DNA of 60,919 nucleotides from Macrostomum lignano (taxonomy: Eukaryota): contig NIVC01000682.1 in the NCBI GenBank assembly GCA_002269645.1, positions 1 to 60,919 on the forward strand. The letters run 5' to 3'. Both the position numbers and the translations under genes were made by a program. The notes under the pieces were generated by a model. It did no database searches. It worked only from the letters and a program-made list of their open reading frames with translations, and had not been told where the DNA came from. This document shows positions 37,772 through 49,842 of this stretch, piece after piece. Positions within the stretch are counted from its first letter, which is position 1; every line of letters starts with the position of its first letter.

Positions 37772-40700
37772 ATGTCCCAGTCGCGTTCTCGTTCGCTGTC
37801 GCGGTCTCCGCGTTCGCCGCGCCTGCTTGAACGCCAGGAACTTCAACGTCGCGGCAGCTTCAGCCGCAGTCGTAGCTGCAGTCCACTAGGCGCTGGCGCT
37901 GCAGTCTTGTCAGCTCCAACGCGATCCAGGCGTCTGCAGTCCAAAAAGGTTGCCATGTTGAATTTGCCCTACAGCATTGAGGTGCTACGATTGAAGAGTA
38001 TTGTTAGAGAGCGATTGGGCTTCACCGGCTACCTCACTCTGTTAGAAGAACAGGGCAGATTCTCCGGCATCGGCTACATGGACTTTAGAACATATGAAGG
38101 CGCTGAGGAAGCCATTCAACGATTGAACGGCATGGACATTGATGGGCGTAGGATCAAGGTAGACTGCTTGTGTTTATCAGCAACATGCTGTGGGGACTAG
38201 TGTTCTTTGTAGCCCAGTTTGACTGTCTATAGTGCCAATCTGACTGTCTATAGTGCCAATCTGACTGTCTATAGTGCCAATCTGACTGTCTATAGTGACA
38301 ATCTGACTGTCTATAGTGGCAATTTGACTGTCTATAGTGACAATCTGACTGTCTATAGTGACAATCTGACTGTCTATAGTGCCAATCTGACTGTCTATAG
38401 TGACAATCTGACTGTCTATAGTGACAATCTGACTGTCTATAGTGTGACTGTCTATAGTGACAATCTGACTGTCTATAGTGTATAGTGCCAATCTGACTGT
38501 CTATAGTGACAATCTGACTGTCTATAGTGACGACTGTCTATAGTGACAATCTGACTGTCTATAGTGACAATTTGACTGTCTATAGTGCCAATCTGACTGT
38601 CTATAGTGACAATCTGACTGTCTATAGTGACAATCTGACTGTCTATAGTGACAATTTGACTGTCTATAGTGACAATCTGACTGTCTATAGTGCCAATCTG
38701 ACTGTCTATAGTGACAATCTGACTGTCTATAGTGACAATCTGACTGTCTATAGTGACAATCTGACTGTCTATAGTGACAATCTGACTGTCTATAGTGACA
38801 ATTTGACTGTCTACGGTATAGTGCCAATCTGACTGTCTATAGTGACAATCTGACTGTCTATAGTGACAATCTGACTGTCTATAGTGACAATCTGACTGTC
38901 TATAGTGACAATTTGACTGTCTACGGTATAGTGCCAATCTGACTGTCTATAGTGACAATCTGACTGTCTATAGTGACAATCTGACTGTCTATAGTGACAA
39001 TTTGACTGTCTATAGTGACAATCTGACTGTCTATAGTGCCAATCTGACTGTCTATAGTGACAATCTGACTGTCTATAGTGACAATCTGACTGTCTATAGT
39101 GACAATCTGACTGTCTATAGTGGCAATTTGACTGTCTATAGTGCCAATCTGACTGTCTATAGTGACAATCTGACTGTCTATAGTGACAATCTGACTGTCT
39201 ATAGTGCCAATCTGACTGTCTATAGTGCCAATCTGACTGTCTATAGTGCCAATCTGACTGTCTATAGTGCCAATCTGACTGTCTATAGTGCCAATCTGAC
39301 TGTCTATAGTGACAATCTGACTGTCTATAGTGACAATTTGACTGTCTATAGTGCCAATCTGACTGTCTATAATGACAATCTGACTGTCTATAGTGACAAT
39401 CTGACTGTCTATAGTGCCAATCTGACTGTCTATAGTGCCAATCTGACTGTCTATAGTGCCAATCTGACTGTCTATAGTGACAATCTGACTGTCTATAGTG
39501 CAATTGACTGTCTATAGTGACAATCTGACTGTCTATAGTGACAATCTGACTGTCTATAGTGCCAATCTGACTGTCTATAGTGACAATCTGACTGTCTATA
39601 GTGACAATCTGACTGTCTATAGTGGCAATTTGACTGTCTATAGTGCCAATCTGACTGTCTATAGTGCCAATCTGACTGTCTATAGTGACAATCTGACTGT
39701 CTATAGTGACAATTTGACTGTCTATAGTGCCAATCTGACTGTCTATAGTGACAATCTGACTGTCTATAGTGACAATCTGACTGTCTATAGTGGCAATTTG
39801 ACTGTCTATAGTGACAATCTGACTGTCTATAGTGACAATCTGACTGTCTATAGTGCCAATCTGACTGTCTATAGTGCCAATCTGACTGTCTATAGTGCCA
39901 ATCTGACTGTCTATAGTGCCAATCTGACTGTCTATAGTGACAATCTGACTGTCTATAGTGCCAATCTGACTGTCTATAGTGACAATCTGACTGTCTATAG
40001 TGACAATTTGACTGTCTATAGTGCCAATCTGACTGTCTATAGTGACAATCTGACTGTCTATAGTGACAATCTGACTGTCTATAGTGCAATCTGACTGTCT
40101 ATAGTGACAATCTGACTGTCTATAGTGCCAATCTGACTGTCTATAGTGCCAATCTGACTGTCTATAGTGACAATCTGACTGTCTATAGTGACAATCTGAC
40201 TGTCTATAGTGACAATCTGACTGTCTATAGTGCCAATCTGACTGTCTATAGTGACAATCTGACTGTCTATAGTGCCAATCTGACTGTCTATAGTGACAAT
40301 CTGACTGTCTATAGTGACAATCTGACTGTCTATAGTGACAATCTGACTGTCTATAGTGACAATCTGACTGTCTATAGTGCCAATCTGACTGTCTATAGTG
40401 CCAATCTGACTGTCTATAGTGACAATTTGACTGTCTATAGTGACAATCTGACTGTCTATAGTGACAATTTGACTGTCTATAGTGACAATCTGACTGTCTA
40501 TAGTGCCAATCTGACTGTCTATAGTGACAATCTGACTGTCTATAGTGACAATCTGACTGTCTATAGTGACAATCTGACTGTCTATAGTGCCAATCTGACT
40601 GTCTATAGTGACAATCTGACTGTCTATAGTGACAATTTGACTGTCTATAGTGACAATCTGACTGTCTATAGTGCCAATCTGACTGTCTATAGTGACAATC

Positions 40701-43700
40701 TGACTGTCTATAGTGACAATCTGACTGTCTATAGTGACAATCTGACTGTCTATAGTGGCAATTTGACTGTCTATAGTGACAATCTGACTGTCTATAGTGA
40801 CAATCTGACTGTCTATAGTGACAATTTGACTGTCTATAGTGACAATTTGACTGTCTATAGTGACAATCTGACTGTCTATAGTGACAATTTGACTGTCTAT
40901 AGTGACAATCTGACTGTCTATAGTGCCAATCTGACTGTCTATAGTGACAATCTGACTGTCTATAGTGACAATCTGACTGTCTATAGTGCAATTGACTGTC
41001 TATAGTGACAATCTGACTGTCTATAGTGACAATCTGACTGTCTATAGTGCCAATCTGACTGTCTATAGTGACAATCTGACTGTCTATAGTGACAATTTGA
41101 CTGTCTATAGTGACAATCTGACTGTCTATAGTGCAATTGACTGTCTATAGTGACAATCTGACTGTCTATAGTGACAATCTGACTGTCTATAGTGCCAATC
41201 TGACTGTCTATAGTGACAATTTGACTGTCTATAGTGACAATTTGACTGTCTATAGTGACAATTTGACTGTCTATAGTGACAATCTGACTGTCTATAGTGG
41301 CAATTTGACTGTCTATAGTGACAATCTGACTGTCTATAGTGACAATCTGACTGTCTATAGTGCCAATCTGACTGTCTATAGTGACAATCTGACTGTCTAT
41401 AGTGCCAATCTGACTGTCTATAGTGCCAATCTGACTGTCTATAGTGACAATCTGACTGTCTATAGTGACAATTTGACTGTCTATAGTGACAATTTGACTG
41501 TCTATAGTGACAATTTGACTGTCTATAGTGCCAATCTGACTGTCTATAGTGACAATCTGACTGTCTATAGTGACAATCTGACTGTCTATAGTGACAATCT
41601 GACTGTCTATAGTGACAATCTGACTGTCTATAGTGCCAATCTGACTGTCTATAGTGCCAATCTGACTGTCTATAGTGCCAATCTGACTGTCTATAGTGCC
41701 AATCTGACTGTCTATAGTGCCAATCTGACTGTCTATAGTGACAATCTGACTGTCTATAGTGACAATTTGACTGTCTATAGTGCCAATCTGACTGTCTATA
41801 GTGACAATCTGACTGTCTATAGTGACAATCTGACTGTCTATAGTGCCAATCTGACTGTCTATAGTGACAATCTGACTGTCTATAGTGCCAATCTGACTGT
41901 CTATAGTGACAATCTGACTGTCTATAGTGACAATCTGACTGTCTATAGTGCTAATCTGACTGTCTATAGTGACAATCTGACTGTCTATAGTGCCAATCTG
42001 ACTGTCTATAGTGCCAATCTGACTGTCTATAGTGACAATCTGACTGTCTATAGTGACAATCTGACTGTCTATAGTGACAATCTGACTGTCTATAGTGCCA
42101 ATCTGACTGTCTATAGTGACAATCTGACTGTCTATAGTGCCAATCTGACTGTCTATAGTGACAATCTGACTGTCTATAGTGACAATCTGACTGTCTATAG
42201 TGACAATCTGACTGTCTATAGTGACAATCTGACTGTCTATAGTGCCAATCTGACTGTCTATAGTGCCAATCTGACTGTCTATAGTGACAATCTGACTGTC
42301 TATAGTGACAATCTGACTGTCTATAGTGACAATTGACTGTCTATAGTGACAATCTGACTGTCTATAGTGCCAATCTGACTGTCTATAGTGACAATCTGAC
42401 TGTCTATAGTGACAATCTGACTGTCTATAGTGACAATCTGACTGTCTATAGTGCCAATCTGACTGTCTATAGTGACAATCTGACTGTCTATAGTGACAAT
42501 TGACTGTCTATAGTGACAATCTGACTGTCTATAGTGCCAATCTGACTGTCTATAGTGACAATCTGACTGTCTATAGTGACAATCTGACTGTCTATAGTGA
42601 CAATCTGACTGTCTATAGTGCCAATCTGACTGTCTATAGTGACAATCTGACTGTCTATAGTGACAATCTGACTGTCTATAGTGACAATTGACTGTCTATA
42701 GTGACAATTTGACTGTCTATAGTGACAATCTGACTGTCTATAGTGACAATTTGACTGTCTATAGTGACAATCTGACTGTCTATAGTGCCAATCTGACTGT
42801 CTATAGTGACAATCTGACTGTCTATAGTGACAATCTGACTGTCTATAGTGACAATTGACTGTCTATAGTGACAATCTGACTGTCTATAGTGACAATCTGA
42901 CTGTCTATAGTGACAATCTGACTGTCTATAGTGACAATCTGACTGTCTATAGTGACAATTGACTGTCTATAGTGACAATCTGACTGTCTATAGTGACAAT
43001 TGACTGTCTATAGTGACAATCTGACTGTCTATAGTGACAATCTGACTGTCTATAGTGACAATCTGACTGTCTATAGTGACAATTTGACTGTCTATAGTGA
43101 CAATTTGACTGTCTATAGTGACAATTTGACTGTCTATAGTGACAATCTGACTGTCTATAGTGCAATTGACTGTCTATAGTGACAATCTGACTGTCTATAG
43201 TGACAATCTGACTGTCTATAGTGCCAATCTGACTGTCTATAGTGACAATCTGACTGTCTATAGTGCAATCTGACTGTCTATAGTGCCAATCTGACTGTCT
43301 ATAGTGACAATCTGACTGTCTATAGTGACAATTTGACTGTCTATAGTGACAATTTGACTGTCTATAGTGACAATTTGACTGTCTATAGTGCCAATCTGAC
43401 TGTCTATAGTGACAATCTGACTGTCTATAGTGACAATCTGACTGTCTATAGTGACAATCTGACTGTCTATAGTGACAATTTGACTGTCTATAGTGACAAT
43501 CTGACTGTCTATAGTGCCAATCTGACTGTCTATAGTGACAATCTGACTGTCTATAGTGACAATCTGACTGTCTATAGTGACAATCTGACTGTCTATAGTG
43601 ACAATCTGACTGTCTATAGTGCCAATCTGACTGTCTATAGTGCAATCTGACTGTCTATAGTGCCAATCTGACTGTCTATAGTGCCAATCTGACTGTCTAT

Positions 43701-46700
43701 AGTGCCAATCTGACTGTCTATAGTGACAATCTGACTGTCTATAGTGACAATCTGACTGTCTATAGTGCCAATCTGACTGTCTATAGTGACAATCTGACTG
43801 TCTATAGTGACAATCTGACTGTCTATAGTGCCAATCTGACTGTCTATAGTGACAATCTGACTGTCTATAGTGCCAATCTGACTGTCTATAGTGACAATCT
43901 GACTGTCTATAGTGGCAATTTGACTGTCTATAGTGACAATCTGACTGTCTATAGTGACAATCTGACTGTCTATAGTGCCAATCTGACTGTCTATAGTGAC
44001 AATCTGACTGTCTATAGTGACAATCTGACTGTCTATAGTGCAATTGACTGTCTATAGTGCCAATCTGACTGTCTATAGTGCCAATCTGACTGTCTATAGT
44101 GACAATCTGACTGTCTATAGTGACAATCTGACTGTCTATAGTGACAATCTGACTGTCTATAGTGACAATCTGACTGTCTATAGTGCCAATCTGACTGTCT
44201 ATAGTGCCAATCTGACTGTCTATAGTGCCAATCTGACTGTCTATAGTGCCAATCTGACTGTCTATAGTGACAATCTGACTGTCTATAGTGACAATTTGAC
44301 TGTCTATAGTGCCAATCTGACTGTCTATAGTGACAATCTGACTGTCTATAGTGACAATCTGACTGTCTATAGTGCCAATCTGACTGTCTATAGTGACAAT
44401 CTGACTGTCTATAGTGCCAATCTGACTGTCTATAGTGCCAATCTGACTGTCTATAGTGACAATCTGACTGTCTATAGTGACAATCTGACTGTCTATAGTG
44501 ACAATCTGACTGTCTATAGTGCCAATCTGACTGTCTATAGTGACAATCTGACTGTCTATAGTGCCAATCTGACTGTCTATAGTGCCAATCTGACTGTCTA
44601 TAGTGACAATCTGACTGTCTATAGTGCCAATCTGACTGTCTATAGTGACAATCTGACTGTCTATAGTGCCAATCTGACTGTCTATAGTGCCAATCTGACT
44701 GTCTATAGTGACAATCTGACTGTCTATAGTGACAATTTGACTGTCTATAGTGACAATCTGACTGTCTATAGTGACAATTTGACTGTCTATAGTGACAATC
44801 TGACTGTCTATAGTGCCAATCTGACTGTCTATAGTGACAATCTGACTGTCTATAGTGCCAATCTGACTGTCTATAGTGACAATCTGACTGTCTATAGTGA
44901 CAATCTGACTGTCTATAGTGCCAATCTGACTGTCTATAGTGACAATCTGACTGTCTATAGTGACAATCTGACTGTCTATAGTGACAATCTGACTGTCTAT
45001 AGTGCCAATCTGACTGTCTATAGTGACAATCTGACTGTCTATAGTGACAATCTGACTGTCTATAGTGACAATCTGACTGTCTATAGTGCCAATCTGACTG
45101 TCTATAGTGACAATTGACTGTCTATAGTGACAATCTGACTGTCTATAGTGACAATCTGACTGTCTATAGTGACAATTTGACTGTCTATAGTGACAATTTG
45201 ACTGTCTATAGTGACAATCTGACTGTCTGTAGTGCCAATCTGACTGTCTATAGTGACAATTTGACTGTCTATAGTGACAATTTGACTGTCTATAGTGACA
45301 ATCTGACTGTCTATAGTGCCAATCTGACTGTCTATAGTGACAATCTGACTGTCTATAGTGACAATCTGACTGTCTATAGTGACAATCTGACTGTCTATAG
45401 TGACAATCTGACTGTCTATAGTGCCAATCTGACTGTCTATAGTGCCAATCTGACTGTCTATAGTGACAATCTGACTGTCTATAGTGACAATTGACTGTCT
45501 ATAGTGACAATCTGACTGTCTATAGTGGCAATTTGACTGTCTATAGTGACAATCTGACTGTCTATAGTGCCAATCTGACTGTCTATAGTGCCAATCTGAC
45601 TGTCTATAGTGACAATCTGACTGTCTATAGTGACAATTTGACTGTCTATAGTGAAAATCTGACTGTCTATAGTGGCAATTTGACTGTCTATAGTGCCAAT
45701 CTGACTGTCTATAGTGACAATCTGACTGTCTATAGTGACAATCTGACTGTCTATAGTGACAATTTGACTGTCTATAGTGACAATCTGACTGTCTATAGTG
45801 ACAATCTGACTGTCTATAGTGACAATTTGACTGTCTATAGTGACAATCTGACTGTCTATAGTGACAATCTGACTGTCTATAGTGACAATCTGACTGTCTA
45901 TAGTGGCAATTTGACTGTCTATAGTGCCAATCTGACTGTCTATAGTGACAATCTGACTGTCTATAGTGACAATCTGACTGTCTATAGTGACAATCTGACT
46001 GTCTATAGTGACAATCTGACTGTCTATAGTGACAATCTGACTGTCTATAGTGACAATCTGACTGTCTATAGTGACAATCTGACTGTCTATAGTGACAATC
46101 TGACTGTCTATAGTGCCAATCTGACTGTCTATAGTGACAATCTGACTGTCTATAGTGACAATCTGACTGTCTATAGTGACAATCTGACTGTCTATAGTGA
46201 CAATCTGACTGTCTATAGTGACAATCTGACTGTCTATAGTGACAATCTGACTGTCTATAGTGACAATCTGACTGTCTATAGTGCCAATCTGACTGTCTAT
46301 AGTGCCAATCTGACTGTCTATAGTGACAATCTGACTGTCTATAGTGACAATCTGACTGTCTATAGTGGCAATTTGACTGTCTATAGTGACAATCTGACTG
46401 TCTATAGTGACAATCTGACTGTCTATAGTGACAATCTGACTGTCTATAGTGACAATCTGACTGTCTATAGTGACAATCTGACTGTCTATAGTGACAATCT
46501 GACTGTCTATAGTGACAATCTGACTGTCTACAGTGCCAATCTGACTGTCTATAGTGACAATCTGACTGTCTATAGTGGCAATTTGACTGTCTATAGTGCC
46601 AATCTGACTGTCTACAGTGACAATCTGACTGTCTATAGTGACAATCTGACTGTCTACAGTGACAATCTGACTGTCTATAGTGCCAATCTGACTGTCTATA

Positions 46701-49700
46701 GTGACAATCTGACTGTCTATAGTGACAATCTGACTGTCTATAGTGCCAATCTGACTGTCTACAGTGACAACTTTCTATTTTCTATTAGTAATAATGTATC
46801 TATACTACTAACTGAACAGGTACGCGAAGAGGTGCCTAGCGATCGGGGACGACTAGAAAGAATGGAACGCGAATCCGCCGCAGGTATCGGACGGGGAGGC
46901 GGAGGTGGAGGTGGCGGCAGGGGCAGGGACGGTGGATCCGGCTACAATCGAAGAAGCCCAGAAAGAGCCGACAGAGGATCTGGTGGCGGCAGCGGCGGCA
47001 GTGCTCAAGCTCTGCTCAATCAGCTGGGCATTCGAGGACCAATTAGTAATAGCGTGTTTGTCAGCAATTTGGATTCGAGGTAAATTTATTAATTAATATT
47101 GTTAGCTTGATTCTGTAATATACTGTTACTGCCATTTTGATCTATTGTTTCCTTCCATTCACTGAGAGTCACTCTTGATCCGCCCCTATCCTGAAAGTCA
47201 CTCCTAAACCGCCCTTTTCCCTGGGAGTCACTCCTGATCCACCATCCTCACTGAGAATCACTCCTGATCCGCCATCTTGACTGAGAGTCACTCCTGATCC
47301 GCCATCTTCACTGAGAATCACTCCTGATCTGCCATCTTACTGAGAGTCACTCCTGATCCGCCATCCTCACTGAGAGTCACCCCTGATCCGCCATCTTGAC
47401 TGAGAGTCACTCCTGATCTGCCATCCTCACTGAGAGTCACTCCTGATCCGCCATCTTCACTGAGAGTCACTCCTGATCCGCCATCTTCAATAAGATAAGA
47501 ATCACTCCTGATTCGCCATCTTCACTGAGAGTCACTCCTGATCCGCCCTTTTCCCTGAAAGTCACTCCTAAACCGCCCTTTTCCCTGGGAGTCACCCCTG
47601 ATCCGCCCCTCTGAGAGTTACTTCTGATCCGCATCCTCACTGAGAGTCACTCCTGATCCGCCATCCTCACTGAGAGTCACTCCTGATCCGCCATCCTCAC
47701 TGAGAGTCACTCCTGATCCGCCATCCTCACTGAGAGTCACTCCTGATCCGCCATCCTCACTGAGAGTCACTCCTGATCCGCCATCCTCACTGAGAGTCAC
47801 TCCTGATCCGCCATCCTCACTGAGAGTCACTCCTGATCCGCAATCTTCACTGAGAGTCACTCCTGATCTGCCATCTTCACTGAGAGTCACTCCTGATCCG
47901 CCATCTTCAATAAGATAAGAATCACTCCTGATTCGCCATCCTCACTGAGAGTCACTCCTGATCTGCCATCCTCACTGAGAGTCACTTCTGATCCGCCATC
48001 CTCACTGAGAATCACCCCTGATCCGCATCCTCACTGAGAATCACTCCTGATCCACCCCCTCATGCGAGAATCGCTGCTATATCTTTAGCTTGATCCTAAG
48101 GTAAGTGGGATCTTGATTCCTTTAGCTTATTTTTTAAAGTAAACCGCACTAATTCAAACCTGCAGCGTGAACTGGCAGAAGCTCAAGGACGTGTTCCGCT
48201 TAGCCGGGCGGGTAGTGAAGGCTGACATCATCGGCGATCCTCGCAGCTCATCGGGCAAGGTGGCCGGCCTCGTTCAATTCGAGACCCCATTAGAAGCCGC
48301 TCAAGCGATCAGCATGCTAAACAATCAGATGCTTTACAATAGGCCCATGCGAGTTAGAATGGACCTGCCGGAGGGTGAACGGCCCGATGGTAAGCACCGT
48401 GGAGGCAGCAGCGGCCTGCCTGAAGGTCTTGGCGGCGTTGGAGCGGCACTGGATCAGGCCACGGCTCGGGAGCTGCAGGGCATGCTTGGCGGAGGTACGT
48501 AACTTCATTTTTCATGTGCGATTTTAACTGTAGATATCAGATTTGTCAGGCTCAAGCTAGGGGGTCAGGAGTGGTTCTCAAGCTAAGGGTCAGGAGTGAT
48601 TCTCAAGCTAAGGGTCAGGAGTGATTCTCAAGCTAAGGGTCAGGATTGATTCTCAGTCGGTTAGGAGTGATTCTCAAGCTAAGGGTCAGGAGTGATTCTC
48701 AAGCTAAGGGTCAGGAGTGATTCTCAAGCTAAGGGTCAGGAGTGATTCTCAAGCTAAGGGTCAGGATTGATTCTCAAGCTAAGGGTCAGGAGTGATTCTC
48801 AAGCTAAGGGTCAGGATTGATTCTCAGTCGGTTAGGAGTGATTCTCAAGCTAAGGGTCAGGATTGATTCTCAGTCGGTTAGGAGTGATTCTCAAGCTAAG
48901 GGTTAGGAGTGATTCTCAAGCTAAGGGTCAGGATTGATTCTCAGTCGGTTAGGAGTGATTCTCAAGCTAAGGGTCAGGAGTGATTCTCAAGCTAAGGGTC
49001 AGGAGTGATTCTCAAGCTAAGGGTCAGGATTGATTCTCAAGCTAAGGGTCAGGAGTGATTCTCAAGCTAAGGGTCAGGAGTGAATCTCAAGCTAAGGGTC
49101 AGGAGTGATTCTCAAGCTAAGGGTCAGGAGTGATTCTCAAGCTAAGGGTCAGGAGTGATTCTCAAGCTAAGGGTCAGGAGTGATTCTCAAGCTAAGGGTC
49201 AGGAGTGATTCTCAAGCTAAGGGTCAGGATTGATTCTCAGTCGGTTAGGAGTGATTCTCAAGCTAAGGGTCAGGAGTGATTCTCAAACTGAGGGGTCGGG
49301 AGTGATTCTCAAACTAAGGGTCAGAAGTGATTCTCAGGCGGTCGGGAGTGAATCTCAAGCTAAGGGTCAGGAGTGATTACCAGGTGCCGGATACAATGGT
49401 AGTCTTTTAGTGCAATGATGCTTCAAGTTCATAACAATACCTAATATAGTATCGCAGTGAGTCATATAGTTTTGTGAAATCTGGATGGCATTAAATCGTT
49501 AATCAATCGATGCACTCGCTGTGCCGTCTGGTGACATCAGCAGATAGTCGTCATCGCAGAGGCGGAGGAGGCGGCGGAGGAGGAGGCGGCGGAGGCGGAG
49601 GCGGAAGCACGGACACAGTGTTTGTTAGCAATCTGCCTTATAGCTACGATTGGAGCAGTCTTAAAAAGGCGTTCCGCGGCGTTGGCGGAGTTCGATTTGC

Positions 49701-49842
49701 CGATGTTGACATTGGGCCGGACAAGCGTAGTCTGGGCACCGGCCACGTGCAGTTCAGCAGCTCGTCGGATGCTCGCAGAGCCGTGTCGATGATGGACGGC
49801 GTTAAAATTGAAGGCCGATCTATTCGTGTAGCGCTGCGATGA
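37772..49842 (+). CDS. hnRNP M/MYEF2-type three-RRM RNA-binding protein with N-terminal RS-rich region; join 37772-38158, 46820-47079, 48166-48494, (49384-49398?), 49544-49842
   Basis: GT-AG introns with compatible phases (0,2,1). Spliced junctions restore RRM text: GRRIK|VREE and VFVSNLDS|SVNWQKLKDVFRLAG (characteristic of the hnRNP M family). RRM3 reads VFVSNLPYSYDWSSLKKAF..GTGHVQF. Gly-rich linkers. Confidence 0.88.
38200..46772 (+). repeat. ~8.6-kb 21-bp minisatellite (CTGACTGTCTATAGTGACAAT)n, ~400 units, filling intron 1 of the RRM gene
   Basis: Direct repetition with GAC/GCC/GGC and CTG/TTG variants plus occasional short units. Source of the LTVYSDN, HYRQSDC and TIDSQIV ORFs. Confidence 0.99.
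47160..48060 (+). repeat. 30-bp minisatellite (CCTCACTGAGAGTCACTCCTGATCCGCCAT)n in RRM gene intron 2
   Basis: Direct repetition with a higher-order duplicated segment (TCAATAAGATAAGAATC occurs twice). Confidence 0.95.
48555..49378 (+). repeat. 25-bp minisatellite (CTCAAGCTAAGGGTCAGGAGTGATT)n with a 21-bp variant, in RRM gene intron 3
   Basis: Direct repetition. Confidence 0.96.

Noticed and set aside
38177-47083. Long ORFs (LTVYSDN, HYRQSDC, TIDSQIV repeats; up to 726 aa)
   Set aside because: They are translations of a 21-bp array lying inside a GT-AG intron whose removal restores an RRM. Only 46820-47079 is a real exon.
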